DNA from: an uncultured Dehalococcoidia bacterium
Lineage (GTDB): Bacteria; Chloroflexota; Dehalococcoidia; Lucifugimonadales; CAUZEB01
DNA length: 52,643 nt
Reading direction: 5' to 3'
Assembly: GCA_964431885.1 (NCBI GenBank)
Contig: CAYSLK010000014.1
Span: forward strand, 1 to 52,643
Shown here in pieces: positions 20,971-30,609 of this stretch; the first letter of the stretch is position 1; every line of letters starts with the position of its first letter. Both the position numbers and the translations under genes were made by a program. Below the pieces are notes generated by a model. The model saw only the letters and a list, made by a program, of their open reading frames with translations. It did not search any database and was not told where the DNA came from.

Positions 20971-21702
20971 ATGTACGATCTGCACGCTCACATTCTCCCA
21001 GGCGTAGATGATGGGGCTAAAACTATCGCTGAGTCACTTGATATCGCACGTGTAGCATATAAACATGGTACTAGGCATATTCTAGCAACTCCGCATAGAA
21101 AAGATGTTACAGAAAATTGGTCTATAGAACATATAGATGCCTTGATCAAGAGCCTTAACAAAGAAATTAAGGCCGATGGTCTAAATTTAACTGTCTATAG
21201 AGGTATGGAGAACCATCTTGATCTTAGCCTACCTGAAGAAATAAGAAATGGGAGAGCTCTTCCTATAAATGACTCCAAATATATCCTTATAGAACTACCT
21301 TTTTTCGGGATGCCCCTCTACGTGGAAGAGGTATTGCACCAAATTAAAGCCATGGACTTTATTCCCGTGCTAGTTCATCCTGAACGTATCGAAATGTTTC
21401 AACTGAACCTCGATTTACTGGCATCTTTCACCGATTTAGGAATGCTTACCCAAATAACCGCCGGCAGTATAGTGGGAACGTTCGGCCCCGAAGTAAAATC
21501 ATTAACCCTAGAGATACTTCGCAGAGGTTTGACAGATATAATAGCGTCAGATACTCACAGTCCTACAGGCCCTAGAAGCCCCAACCTAACTGCCGGCCTG
21601 AAACGAGCGGAGGTATTTATCGGGAAGGAAGCCGCTTCCAATATGGTCACTTCTAACCCAAAAAATATTTTCGACAATCAAGATTTTAAAGTCGGTAGTT
21701 AA
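20971..21702 (+). CDS. PHP-family phosphoesterase (CpsB/CapC/YwqE-like)
   Basis: DLHAHILPGVDDGA, ATPH, HPER, ASDTHS; 10 nt after deacetylase stop. Confidence 0.88.
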   Translation: MYDLHAHILPGVDDGAKTIAESLDIARVAYKHGTRHILATPHRKDVTENWSIEHIDALIKSLNKEIKADGLNLTVYRGMENHLDLSLPEEIRNGRALPINDSKYILIELPFFGMPLYVEEVLHQIKAMDFIPVLVHPERIEMFQLNLDLLASFTDLGMLTQITAGSIVGTFGPEVKSLTLEILRRGLTDIIASDTHSPTGPRSPNLTAGLKRAEVFIGKEAASNMVTSNPKNIFDNQDFKVGS

Positions 21703-21719
21703 CATTATTGAAAGCCAAT

Positions 21720-22172
21720 TCATTCCCCTGAACACCAACCGTCGATCTTGATTGGTGTTATAGTTAATATACAGAACTCCGTTTCCTTTATAGCTTTTTC
21801 TGCATATTTCGCACCTTCACTTTCGCCTTTATAATGCATAGAAATAGCTATAAGAAAATCCCAAATACCGTTATATGACTCCACAGCATTACCCTTTATG
21901 AGAACATATTGATAAGGCTCAGTATGACCAGCAATCGACAAAGTTACTCTTGCGTCTCTTTGTATATTACGCACTTTAACGGCTGTAGAAGCAGACATAA
22001 TTCTGATTTTCTCACCATCGTAAAGATGCCATACTGGTGTGACTTGTGGTGACCCGTCACGATTAATCGTAGCTAAATTGGTGATTATAGGTTTTTTAAG
22101 AAAAGCGTCCACATTTTCAGGTGTCAATTGTTTATTACTCCCAATTAGTTTCTCCATTCCACCTATTATCAT
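21720..22172 (-). CDS. PPOX-class (probably F420-dependent) split-barrel oxidoreductase
   Basis: LATINRDGSPQVTPVW, KVRNIQRDARVTL, YVLIKG. Confidence 0.85.
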   Translation of the reverse strand: MIIGGMEKLIGSNKQLTPENVDAFLKKPIITNLATINRDGSPQVTPVWHLYDGEKIRIMSASTAVKVRNIQRDARVTLSIAGHTEPYQYVLIKGNAVESYNGIWDFLIAISMHYKGESEGAKYAEKAIKETEFCILTITPIKIDGWCSGE

Positions 22173-22196
22173 TCTTAATCAGCAGTAGCATATATT

Positions 22197-22805
22197 CTAC
22201 TGCAACATGTCAGAAACTCTGCTCCACACAATTTCAGATAATCTTGTGATAGGCAAAGAAGAATCAATTACCAGCCAGCGCTCTGGATCTCTACTAGCAA
22301 GATCCAAGTATCCGGTTCGGATTCTATCATGGAATGTTTTGTCTTCTTGTTCTATTCTATCCAAATCTCTATTGGATTTCCTGGCAATACCCAATTCCAC
22401 AGGCAAATCTAACAAGACAACTAAGTCAGGTTTTAATCCTTTAGTTGCTAGGTTGTTTACGTTTTCTATTATATGTCGATCGAGTCCTCTACCATAACCT
22501 TGATAGCTTAAGGTTGAATAGATATAACGATCGCATATCACAATTGTCCCCTCCTGCAAGGAAGGTCGTATAACATTCTCCACTAGGGAAATCCTGGCAG
22601 CTGAAAATAAGAATAATTCAGCCATTGGTACAATATCCTTGCCAGATTTAATCCAAGTTGCTATCTTTTCTCCAGTAGGAGTGCTGCCCGGTTCTCTCAC
22701 TGTCCTAACAGTACGACCAGTTTCTGTAAGAATGTGATGAAGTTCGGAACACATTGTACTCTTGCCACTTCCTTCAACTCCTTCAAAAACAATGAATAGT
22801 CCCAT
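22197..22805 (-). CDS. tmk: Thymidylate kinase
   Basis: FEGVEGSGKST P-loop, REPG, CDRY, YQGYGRGL, DRIEQE; ATG at 22805. Confidence 0.95.
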   Translation of the reverse strand: MGLFIVFEGVEGSGKSTMCSELHHILTETGRTVRTVREPGSTPTGEKIATWIKSGKDIVPMAELFLFSAARISLVENVIRPSLQEGTIVICDRYIYSTLSYQGYGRGLDRHIIENVNNLATKGLKPDLVVLLDLPVELGIARKSNRDLDRIEQEDKTFHDRIRTGYLDLASRDPERWLVIDSSLPITRLSEIVWSRVSDMLQ

Positions 22806-22846
22806 TCGTATATTACCCTTCACAATTAAGATTTTACTAAGCCTGC

Positions 22847-22909
22847 AAATGAAGCTCATACGGTACTTGGGTTAAAAATTTAACCCAAGTACCGTATGAG
22901 CTTCATTTA
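22847..22909. repeat. Perfect 31-bp inverted repeat with 1-nt spacer
   Basis: AAATGAAGCTCATACGGTACTTGGGTTAAAA (22847-22877), A, then its exact reverse complement (22879-22909). Confidence 0.95.
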
Positions 22910-22957
22910 AATTAGTTATAACGAAGTAGAAATATTTATGTCTTTTAGGAGAATCAT

Positions 22958-24556
22958 TTACAGACGAGAGATTACTACGTGTCTGCTAGGTTCTCTTCCG
23001 GAACTAGCGGACTTTAGACCGTATTGGTCGGCAATTTGGTGCTGTAAATGACGGACATAAGAACCCTGAGGATGGAGTTCAATTTCTGCTTTTCCCTGGC
23101 CAATTTGTTGAACGGCTCTTTCAGCCTCTTTCACTGCGTTGGTCAGGAGCTCTTCTGATACTTTCTTTCCTTTTTTTCGTGAAATTGCCTTAATGAATTG
23201 TTCAATTTGTGTAACAGTATTCTTCCTCAACACATAAACTGGCTTACCTTTTTTTTCGGCCATTAGCAGCGCTTGGGTCCTACGCCGATAATAATTTTTA
23301 GTCGTTACCAAGAGGTCTGCTTCATCAATCCGAGATACAATCCCTATTGACCCATTAGTCTTGTGCAACGCATCTTGCAATTTGCCCTTGTTAACTCCAT
23401 ATGGGAGTATAGTTACCATTTTTTCAGGAACTTCTAAGACATCATCATTTCCAGATTCGACCGTGAGTGATCCACTTAGCGTAGGGGTATCTATAGCTTC
23501 CATTGACCTATCGTCTCTATTAGATATGAACGTTCTTTCTATTTGGCCATCATCATTGATAATACGGGTCTGGGGAGTGTAAGAAAATCCTCGTAATATT
23601 TTATCTACTACCTCCGTAACATCGGGATGGACTATTACTCTAGACCAACTTTGGATCTCTACCAAAGTGTCAAAAGTTGGAGGGGCTCTCCTTTCCAAAA
23701 CGCTCTTTTGGGTCCGTCGTCGACTCGCTTCTATATCACCCAAGGTTACTGATTGAATCCCTCCTACTAGATCTGACAAAGTTGGATTCATAATCAGGTT
23801 TTGGAGAGTATTACCATGGGCAGTAGCAACTAATTGTACGCCACGTTCAGCTATAGTCCTAGATGCATTCGCATCCAATTCTGTTCCTATTTCATCAATA
23901 ATAATAACTTCAGGCATGTGATTTTCTACCGCCTCTATCATCACCGAATGTTGATACTCCGGAGATCGGACCTGCATGCGTCTCGCACGACCTATACCAG
24001 GATGAGGAACATCACCGTCTCCCGCTATTTCATTTGACGTATCAACAACAATTACACGTTTATTCGCGTCATCTGCTAGGACACGGGCGACTTCCCGTAG
24101 CATAGTAGTTTTCCCAACACCAGGTTTACCCAATAATAATATACTTTTACCGGATGCTATAAGATCTTCAATAATTCTTACAGTCCCGTACACAGCTCTA
24201 CCGACCCTAACAGTCAGTCCAATAGTTCGACCGTTACGGTTACGTATAGCGGAAATACGATGAAGAGTCCTTTCTATGCCTGCCCTATTATCGCCGCCAA
24301 AGTCACCCACACAATCCATCACATACTGTATTTCTTCACTCGTGACCTCATTGGCACTGAGTATAAGAGTCTTATCTGGAAAGCGAGCCTCGGGAAGCCG
24401 ACCTAAATCGAGGATTATTTCCAGTAGATCCCCCATATCTTCTCTGTCTCTGATAACACCCTGAATGTTAGAAGGTAGCTTAACAAGCAAATCCTCTAAA
24501 TCAATATCAATTCTCTCTTGCAATTTTACGTTACGGTCTCCTTCTGTGCCAACCAT
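22958..24556 (-). CDS. AAA+ ATPase with C-terminal R3H domain (Ycf45/SpoIIIAA-like)
   Basis: GKPGVGKTT Walker A, IIIDEIG Walker B, DTSNEIAGDGD, C-terminal RHLQH (R3H); start probably ATG 24556. Confidence 0.88.
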   Translation of the reverse strand: MVGTEGDRNVKLQERIDIDLEDLLVKLPSNIQGVIRDREDMGDLLEIILDLGRLPEARFPDKTLILSANEVTSEEIQYVMDCVGDFGGDNRAGIERTLHRISAIRNRNGRTIGLTVRVGRAVYGTVRIIEDLIASGKSILLLGKPGVGKTTMLREVARVLADDANKRVIVVDTSNEIAGDGDVPHPGIGRARRMQVRSPEYQHSVMIEAVENHMPEVIIIDEIGTELDANASRTIAERGVQLVATAHGNTLQNLIMNPTLSDLVGGIQSVTLGDIEASRRRTQKSVLERRAPPTFDTLVEIQSWSRVIVHPDVTEVVDKILRGFSYTPQTRIINDDGQIERTFISNRDDRSMEAIDTPTLSGSLTVESGNDDVLEVPEKMVTILPYGVNKGKLQDALHKTNGSIGIVSRIDEADLLVTTKNYYRRRTQALLMAEKKGKPVYVLRKNTVTQIEQFIKAISRKKGKKVSEELLTNAVKEAERAVQQIGQGKAEIELHPQGSYVRHLQHQIADQYGLKSASSGREPSRHVVISRL

Positions 24557-24889
24557 TATTCTTCCTAGACAATCCTTTCGAACAGACCCGATTGGCACTT
24601 TTGTTATATATCCAATTTATCCTGGAAATACTCTAACCACACCACCCAGTGATAAATAACGTTAAAGCACTCACTTACTCGATACTTCTATCTAACTATG
24701 CAGCTCTAGCGTAGCTGCTCAATTCACAATATTGGAGCGCTAGGAAAGGATATAAACTGCAGTGGTTCTGACACAACAGAGCTATAATGGATGAGCCAAC
24801 AGAGAACGTAAATATGCCCTAAATTCCAAATTTCACAGCAAACTCATCCGCAGTGTTGACGAGAATTTGATAGCACACTACGTGACAAA

Positions 24890-25480
24890 TCAACGATAAC
24901 TAGCGTCCTCAACCATCTTAAGAAAGAATTCGTGAACCCTAGTGTCTTGGGTTAATTCCGGATGAAATGACGTGGCGAGTAGAGCATTTTGCCTAACAGC
25001 GACAGGACGACCATCATCCAGTTTCGCCAGTATTTCCACACCACTACCGACTCTATCAACAGCAGGTGCTCTTATAAATACAGCAATATAGGGCTCACAA
25101 CCTTTTATCTCCTCAATATCAAGATCAGCTTCGAAACTATCAACCTGCCTACCAAAAGCGTTACGACTAACGTCTATGTCCATTAATTCAAGAGGTTCAG
25201 GCCGGTGATCTGACAAACTCTTAGCCAAAACAATCATACCGGCACATGTACCCCATATAGGCATTCCCTCTTTAGCCTTTTCAGCCAAAGCAGCTCTAAA
25301 GTTGTAAATATCTATCAATTGGACGATAGTAGTACTTTCACCCCCGGGTATAATGAGGCCATCTATACTGTCCAATTGCCATGGAAGGCGAATCTCCGGA
25401 GCATCGACACCTATTTCCTTAAGCATTCTACGATGCTCCAAAAAGTCGCCCTGAATGGCTAGAACACCAATCGAAGTCAC
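24890..25480 (-). CDS. pdxT: PLP synthase glutaminase subunit
   Basis: GVLAIQGDF, PGGESTT, GTCAG, RNAFGRQVDSFE, FHPEL. Confidence 0.96.
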   Translation of the reverse strand: MTSIGVLAIQGDFLEHRRMLKEIGVDAPEIRLPWQLDSIDGLIIPGGESTTIVQLIDIYNFRAALAEKAKEGMPIWGTCAGMIVLAKSLSDHRPEPLELMDIDVSRNAFGRQVDSFEADLDIEEIKGCEPYIAVFIRAPAVDRVGSGVEILAKLDDGRPVAVRQNALLATSFHPELTQDTRVHEFFLKMVEDASYR

Positions 25481-25481
25481 C

Positions 25482-26381
25482 TTACCAACCTCTTACAGCT
25501 AGTTGTTCTGATTCAGGCATCGTTCTCACGTCAAGACCAGGCATAGCATCGCCAAGGCCTCGTGAAACTTCGGCTATAATATGAGGATCGTTATAGTGGG
25601 TAGTTGCTTTCACGATTGCCTGCGCCATGATGTCAGGTCTTTCGGATTTAAATATACCCGATCCTACAAATACTCCATCCACACCTAATTGCATCATTAG
25701 AGCTGCATCTGCAGGTGAGGCCACACCGCCAGCCGCGAAATTGACGACCGGAAGTTTGCCCAATTCCTTGACTTCTTTAACCAACTCGTAGGGAGCCCTT
25801 AGGTCTCTAGCAGTTGCCATCAATTCATCTTCTGACATATTCTGTATGCGGCGAATTTCTCCCATGACGGTTCTTGCATGCCTAACTGCTTCAACTATGT
25901 TCCCAGTCCCTGCTTCACCTTTGGTTCTAATCATAGCCGACCCTTCACCTATACGCCGTAAGGCTTCTCCCAAGTCACGACAGCCACATACGAACGGTAC
26001 TTTAAAGTCATGCTTGTTAATATGATTATTCTCATCTGCCGGAGTGAGTACTTCTGATTCATCAATATAGTCTACGCCCAAAGCCTCTAAAACCTGAGCT
26101 TCAACAAAATGACCGATCCGAGCTTTCGCCATTACCGGTATCGTTACAGCGGCTATTATTTCTGTAATCATGGTTGGATCAGACATACGTGCCACTCCAC
26201 CATCCTTACGTATATCGGAAGGTACACGTTCAAGAGCCATGACAGCACAAGCACCAGCATCTTCCGCTATTTTTGCTTGTTCGGGAGTAACGACGTCCAT
26301 TATTACCCCACCCTTAAGCATTTGGGCTAGTCCAGTTTTTACTCTCCATGTACCTGTTTCGGCCTTAACATCTACAGCCAT
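25482..26381 (-). CDS. pdxS: PLP synthase lyase subunit
   Basis: [47 protein letters not shown]; ATG 26381 after GGAGG. Confidence 0.97.
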   Translation of the reverse strand: MAVDVKAETGTWRVKTGLAQMLKGGVIMDVVTPEQAKIAEDAGACAVMALERVPSDIRKDGGVARMSDPTMITEIIAAVTIPVMAKARIGHFVEAQVLEALGVDYIDESEVLTPADENNHINKHDFKVPFVCGCRDLGEALRRIGEGSAMIRTKGEAGTGNIVEAVRHARTVMGEIRRIQNMSEDELMATARDLRAPYELVKEVKELGKLPVVNFAAGGVASPADAALMMQLGVDGVFVGSGIFKSERPDIMAQAIVKATTHYNDPHIIAEVSRGLGDAMPGLDVRTMPESEQLAVRGW

Positions 26382-26436
26382 ATATAACCTCCATTCTTTC
26401 TCAGTATTTTTCTGTTTTACTACATTAAAGCTAAGT

Positions 26437-26506
26437 AGCCAGTCCACTATAAAATACAAATGGTATAATACAAGAACCACTTCTGTGTATTTCTATGGTG
26501 CCACTT
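26437..26506. promoter_or_regulatory. Candidate PdxR operator region
   Basis: CCACT-core motifs (GTCCACTA 26442, AACCACTT 26475, TGCCACTT 26499) plus TGGTAT at 26461, between divergent pdxS and a MocR-family gene. Confidence 0.45.
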
Positions 26507-26522
26507 AGAGGGGAATAATATC

Positions 26523-28007
26523 ATGGAATCGACTATTGTGTCTTTAATGAGTTTAAAACTCCATCCCTATGATTCTGTTCCACTATATAGACAACTATAC
26601 GAACAGCTCCGTAATATTATTCTTAACGGCCAACTGCCGCCAGGTACGAAACTTCCCTCCACAAGAGGGTTATCAGATGAATTATCTATAGCACGAAATA
26701 CCGTGCTGAACGCATACGATCAACTTCTTGCTGAAGGCTACTTAAAAGGGCGGGTTGGCTCAGGGACTTACGTAGCCTCTGAACTTCCAGATGAATTACT
26801 TCAAGTCAGGGCAAATGCCAATCTTTCAGGCATTTCAAATAGGGCTAGTAGAACCCTTTCTCGACAAGGTGATTTAGTGGCTAGGTCATCCGTAAGTGAG
26901 CCGCACGACTTCGCAGTACCTAAGGCTTTTCGCCCTGGGCTCATGGCAATGAGTGTATTCCCTTTCAAGCTATGGGCCCGCCTTTGGGGTCGTCAATGGA
27001 GAAGAAGGTCATTAGATTTGCTTGGCTACGGAGATCCGACAGGGTACCGGCCACTTAGATTAATAACTGCTGAATATCTGAAGGTAGCTAGAGGTATACG
27101 TTGCGACGCTGATCAAATTATTGTCGTAGCCGGTTCACAACAGGCGCTGACCATAGCAACAAGAGTGCTTTTAAACGAAGGTGATGAAGTCTGGATGGAA
27201 GACCCAGGCTATCCAGGAGCACATGCAGCATTTAGGGGGGCAGGGGCGCGAGTACTACCCATACCAGTAGACATACAAGGCCTAGACATAGATCACGGCG
27301 TTTTGCATGGTGATGATGCTAAACTCGTTTATGCTACCCCCTCACATCAATATCCACTAGGTGTGACTATGACCCTTTCACGGCGACTTGAATTATTAGA
27401 TTGGTCTAGACGATCAAATGCGTGGATATTAGAAGATGATTATGACAGTGAATTTCGTTACACAGGTATGCCTCTAGCTGCTTTGAAAGGTCTAGATACT
27501 GAGGGACGCGTAATTTACATTGGATCTTTCAGTAAGATGCTATTTCCATCATTAAGATTGGGCTATATGGTTGTTCCGCCAGATCTAGTCGACACCTTTG
27601 CCGCTACTCGAGCCTTAATAGACAGAGGTTCGTCATCCCTCGACCAAGCCGTGCTAGCAGAATTTATATCGGAAGGCCATTTCGCCCGTTACGTTCGTCG
27701 AGCCCGCATGCTCTACGCCGAAAGACAGAAAACATTGGTTGACGCCGCAACAGATAAACTAGAAGGTCTGCTTGAAGTCCCACCTTCTGATTCGGGTATG
27801 CACTTGGTGGGATGGCTACCAGAAGGACTTGATGATCTAATAGCCTATAAAAAAGCAGCGCAGCATAATGTAGAAGCCCCACCACTTTCAGTTTACTATA
27901 CGGAATCTCCAGAAAGAGGGGGATTATTACTTGGATATACAGGGGTAGATACGTGCGAAATAAAGGAAGGTGTTAACAGATTGTCCCATGCACTCGAAAG
28001 TCTTTAA
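26523..28007 (+). CDS. pdxR: MocR/GabR family regulator (GntR wHTH + aminotransferase-like domain), probable PdxR
   Basis: PLYRQLY...KLPSTRGLS...ARNTV...LLAEGY wHTH; TPSHQYPLG, EDDYDSEFRY, GSFSKMLFPSLRLG; divergent from pdxST. Confidence 0.85.
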   Translation: MESTIVSLMSLKLHPYDSVPLYRQLYEQLRNIILNGQLPPGTKLPSTRGLSDELSIARNTVLNAYDQLLAEGYLKGRVGSGTYVASELPDELLQVRANANLSGISNRASRTLSRQGDLVARSSVSEPHDFAVPKAFRPGLMAMSVFPFKLWARLWGRQWRRRSLDLLGYGDPTGYRPLRLITAEYLKVARGIRCDADQIIVVAGSQQALTIATRVLLNEGDEVWMEDPGYPGAHAAFRGAGARVLPIPVDIQGLDIDHGVLHGDDAKLVYATPSHQYPLGVTMTLSRRLELLDWSRRSNAWILEDDYDSEFRYTGMPLAALKGLDTEGRVIYIGSFSKMLFPSLRLGYMVVPPDLVDTFAATRALIDRGSSSLDQAVLAEFISEGHFARYVRRARMLYAERQKTLVDAATDKLEGLLEVPPSDSGMHLVGWLPEGLDDLIAYKKAAQHNVEAPPLSVYYTESPERGGLLLGYTGVDTCEIKEGVNRLSHALESL

Positions 28008-29224
28008 TTATGATTCGAATTCAAGGCCTTCGTGTGATCCAAACTGACTGGTGAATTAAGCTCAAATGGACTTGAAAGACCTAACTCTTTACCAATTTCA
28101 CGGATGGCCGGTGCGACTTCCTCTCCTAGCAATCTGATACATGTCATTGAATCTTCATGGTTAACCCTGCCATGATTAGCGTATAACGATAATATGGACG
28201 GGCGTGTTTCTTCTAACAGAACCTTGAGTTGTTTAATCACTTGATCAGGAGTTCCAGCAATAATACTTCCTGACTCCAATTCATTTTGATAAGAATCATC
28301 CCTTTGCTGTTCCATGTCACGACGCAATTTCAGACGAGCGGCAGCAGAACTATAACCTGGTGGACTTAACCATTCAGGTTGAGTAGAACCCTTTCGCTCA
28401 CCACGTTGCATCCAGCGAAATTCTTCTCCGCCTTTCAAAGCCTTCTCCTCTGTTTCAGCGACATGGCATCGAATCAGGTATCCTCTTTGTTCCGGACCTG
28501 ATTCGTAACCCATTCTACTGGCCGTGTCATCATAGAGTTTCCAAATTGCCTTTGTGCTTTCTATAGTCGTATTGAGTGCGACATATGGATAACGATGTTC
28601 AGCTGCCCATACAATCGTCTCCAGGCTGGCCATTCCAGGAATCCATATTCTTGGATGCGGCTGCTGCAATGGTAATGCCCAGGGATTAACTACCCTAAGC
28701 TGATAATGATTTCCCTCCCACCTAAACGGACCATGTTCCGACCAGATTTTCATAATGATATCGTGCGCTTCTTTAAATCTTTCCCTGTTATACGCAGGAT
28801 TGACGTTGTTAGCGTATTGTTCTTGCCCGGCACCTCTCACAAATCCCGAAACGATACGTCCTTTGGATAACATATCCAGCATCGCGATCTCCTCTGCGAT
28901 CTGAATTGGATTATCTGTCACAGGCAAGGGATATCCCAGCAGAACTATCTTAATTTTCTCGGTCATGCCCGCTAATACTGAGGCGAATATATGAATCTTG
29001 GCTTGCATACAGAGAGGAGTGTTATGATGCTCATTAAGCATAATCCCATCAAAACCTACTTCTTCTGCATAAAGATATTCCTCAAGCCTCTCATTATACA
29101 ATCTACTCCCCTCGACAGGGTCAAAAAACTTGTTGGAAAAAACGAGATTATTACGACCTGCCTTTATCGCTTCCGATTCTGGATACGTCGACATAGGTTG
29201 TTCAGTAAAGTACATCAGGAACAT
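28004..29224 (-). CDS. Luciferase-like monooxygenase (LLM) family flavin-dependent oxidoreductase
   Basis: GFDGIMLNEHH, AEEIAMLDMLSKGR, GFVRG, PLQQPHPRIWIPG, IAGTPDQV. Confidence 0.9.
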   Translation of the reverse strand: MFLMYFTEQPMSTYPESEAIKAGRNNLVFSNKFFDPVEGSRLYNERLEEYLYAEEVGFDGIMLNEHHNTPLCMQAKIHIFASVLAGMTEKIKIVLLGYPLPVTDNPIQIAEEIAMLDMLSKGRIVSGFVRGAGQEQYANNVNPAYNRERFKEAHDIIMKIWSEHGPFRWEGNHYQLRVVNPWALPLQQPHPRIWIPGMASLETIVWAAEHRYPYVALNTTIESTKAIWKLYDDTASRMGYESGPEQRGYLIRCHVAETEEKALKGGEEFRWMQRGERKGSTQPEWLSPPGYSSAAARLKLRRDMEQQRDDSYQNELESGSIIAGTPDQVIKQLKVLLEETRPSILSLYANHGRVNHEDSMTCIRLLGEEVAPAIREIGKELGLSSPFELNSPVSLDHTKALNSNHN

Positions 29225-29769
29225 TTTATTTACCTTTCATGTAAAGCCAAATTAACAAATAATTACAATAAACTAAATATACAATTTTTAATTATCGAGG
29301 GTCCGGCAGACTGTTACTTTAACCTAATCCACACCGACCAAAAGTACACTATGTTGGTAGCATCTCCACTAAATGCCAATTCTTTAACCGTTCGCCAGCG
29401 GAACGAACACGTGAACGCAACTCAAAAAGTCAACTATCTATCTGGAGGATCTTCCGAATGTATTCTAAAGACTAACACGAAACGGATTTTGCTAATTAAG
29501 TCACCTGTTTGAAGAAAATCAGAAATAAGGCGTTGTTTGACCACGGGGATGCTAACACAGATGGCCGAATTTCTCAACGATTGACTGATACTCATATCCA
29601 AGTTTTTACTATCAATTCCTCACGGATTCCACTATCTTTTACCTTCTCCAATAGATCCCCGTAAGAGTTACATCGTTCAGTGGATGACTTGGCTTCAATT
29701 AAGGCTTTTCAAGTACCAGAGTGATTGCATTACCAGTAAATCCATCCTATTTCAAGATCATCGGCTGGA

Positions 29770-30609
29770 CTAAAGAGGTATAAACCAATTATTAAATTCA
29801 GACGCAATTCTCTCTTCGCCGTCAAAAGTTAAATAACCTCTTCGAACAGACCTCGAGAAAGGTAAACGAGACATAAGAAAGAGTATGTAAACGTTGGTAC
29901 TAAGATGAAAGGTTACCGTAGCTGTATTCTGTGTGGAGGGCATGATATTGAATTCTTCACCATTGATAACGATATCGTGGCCATCCTCTGGTGAATCAGT
30001 TAGATCGAATCTGTATATTATTGGCACAGTAAGCCGTGTAGAGCTTCTAAACATAATACTTAGCCACGACTTCATCGTTTTCTTTAGAAAAGATTCCACG
30101 CGTGTGTTCAGTTGCGCCTGTCTGTTAAAACCATACTCTATATCTCGTCCATGCAATGCTAACTCCAGAATGCGATGTTCAATAAGACGGGAAATTGGCA
30201 TAATGGTGCGCGAGTGCCAAGCTGGATCTCTGTATGCCTCTGGATTGAGGGATGCTATTAGAGTGTTTAATCTCCTACAGGAGGTATTAAATTCAGGAAA
30301 CACGTCTTCGTGAAATGCAATTCTAACTGAAATGACGCGCTCAAGATATTCCTCTCCCTTTAGATGATGATATCCCATAGGAGGAGAGGTTTGACCCTTA
30401 AGAGCCCTTTCAATACTTTGATAATTAGCTTGCGACTCTAATATTAAATGACTTACTACATCAGCTATATTCCATTGTTCACACCCGCTACCGTAACTCC
30501 TCGCATCTCGCCATACTTCATCAGGTAAAGAATACAGATAACCAGCTAAATCATTGGACAGTGTCCTTAAAAGCTGGATGTTAGATTGTATTCCCATTAA
30601 ATCAGTCAT
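29770..30609 (-). CDS. DinB superfamily / mycothiol-dependent maleylpyruvate isomerase (MDMPI)-like protein
   Basis: CEQWNIADVVSHL and ELALHGRDI metal-site motifs; C-terminal SCP2-like alpha/beta region. Confidence 0.78.
   Translation of the reverse strand: MTDLMGIQSNIQLLRTLSNDLAGYLYSLPDEVWRDARSYGSGCEQWNIADVVSHLILESQANYQSIERALKGQTSPPMGYHHLKGEEYLERVISVRIAFHEDVFPEFNTSCRRLNTLIASLNPEAYRDPAWHSRTIMPISRLIEHRILELALHGRDIEYGFNRQAQLNTRVESFLKKTMKSWLSIMFRSSTRLTVPIIYRFDLTDSPEDGHDIVINGEEFNIMPSTQNTATVTFHLSTNVYILFLMSRLPFSRSVRRGYLTFDGEERIASEFNNWFIPL

Noticed and set aside
20971-21702. Capsule/EPS locus implied by the CpsB-like phosphatase
   Set aside because: No tyrosine kinase, chain-length regulator, flippase or polymerase genes nearby
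24600-24889. About 290-nt gap between pdxT and the AAA-R3H gene with a small GCAGCT/AGCTGC hairpin
   Set aside because: No credible ORF or recognisable RNA motif; a 6-bp stem is expected by chance
28991-29512. 173-aa plus-strand ORF
   Set aside because: Overlaps the LLM gene antisense, runs through AT-rich promoter DNA, has no RBS or motif
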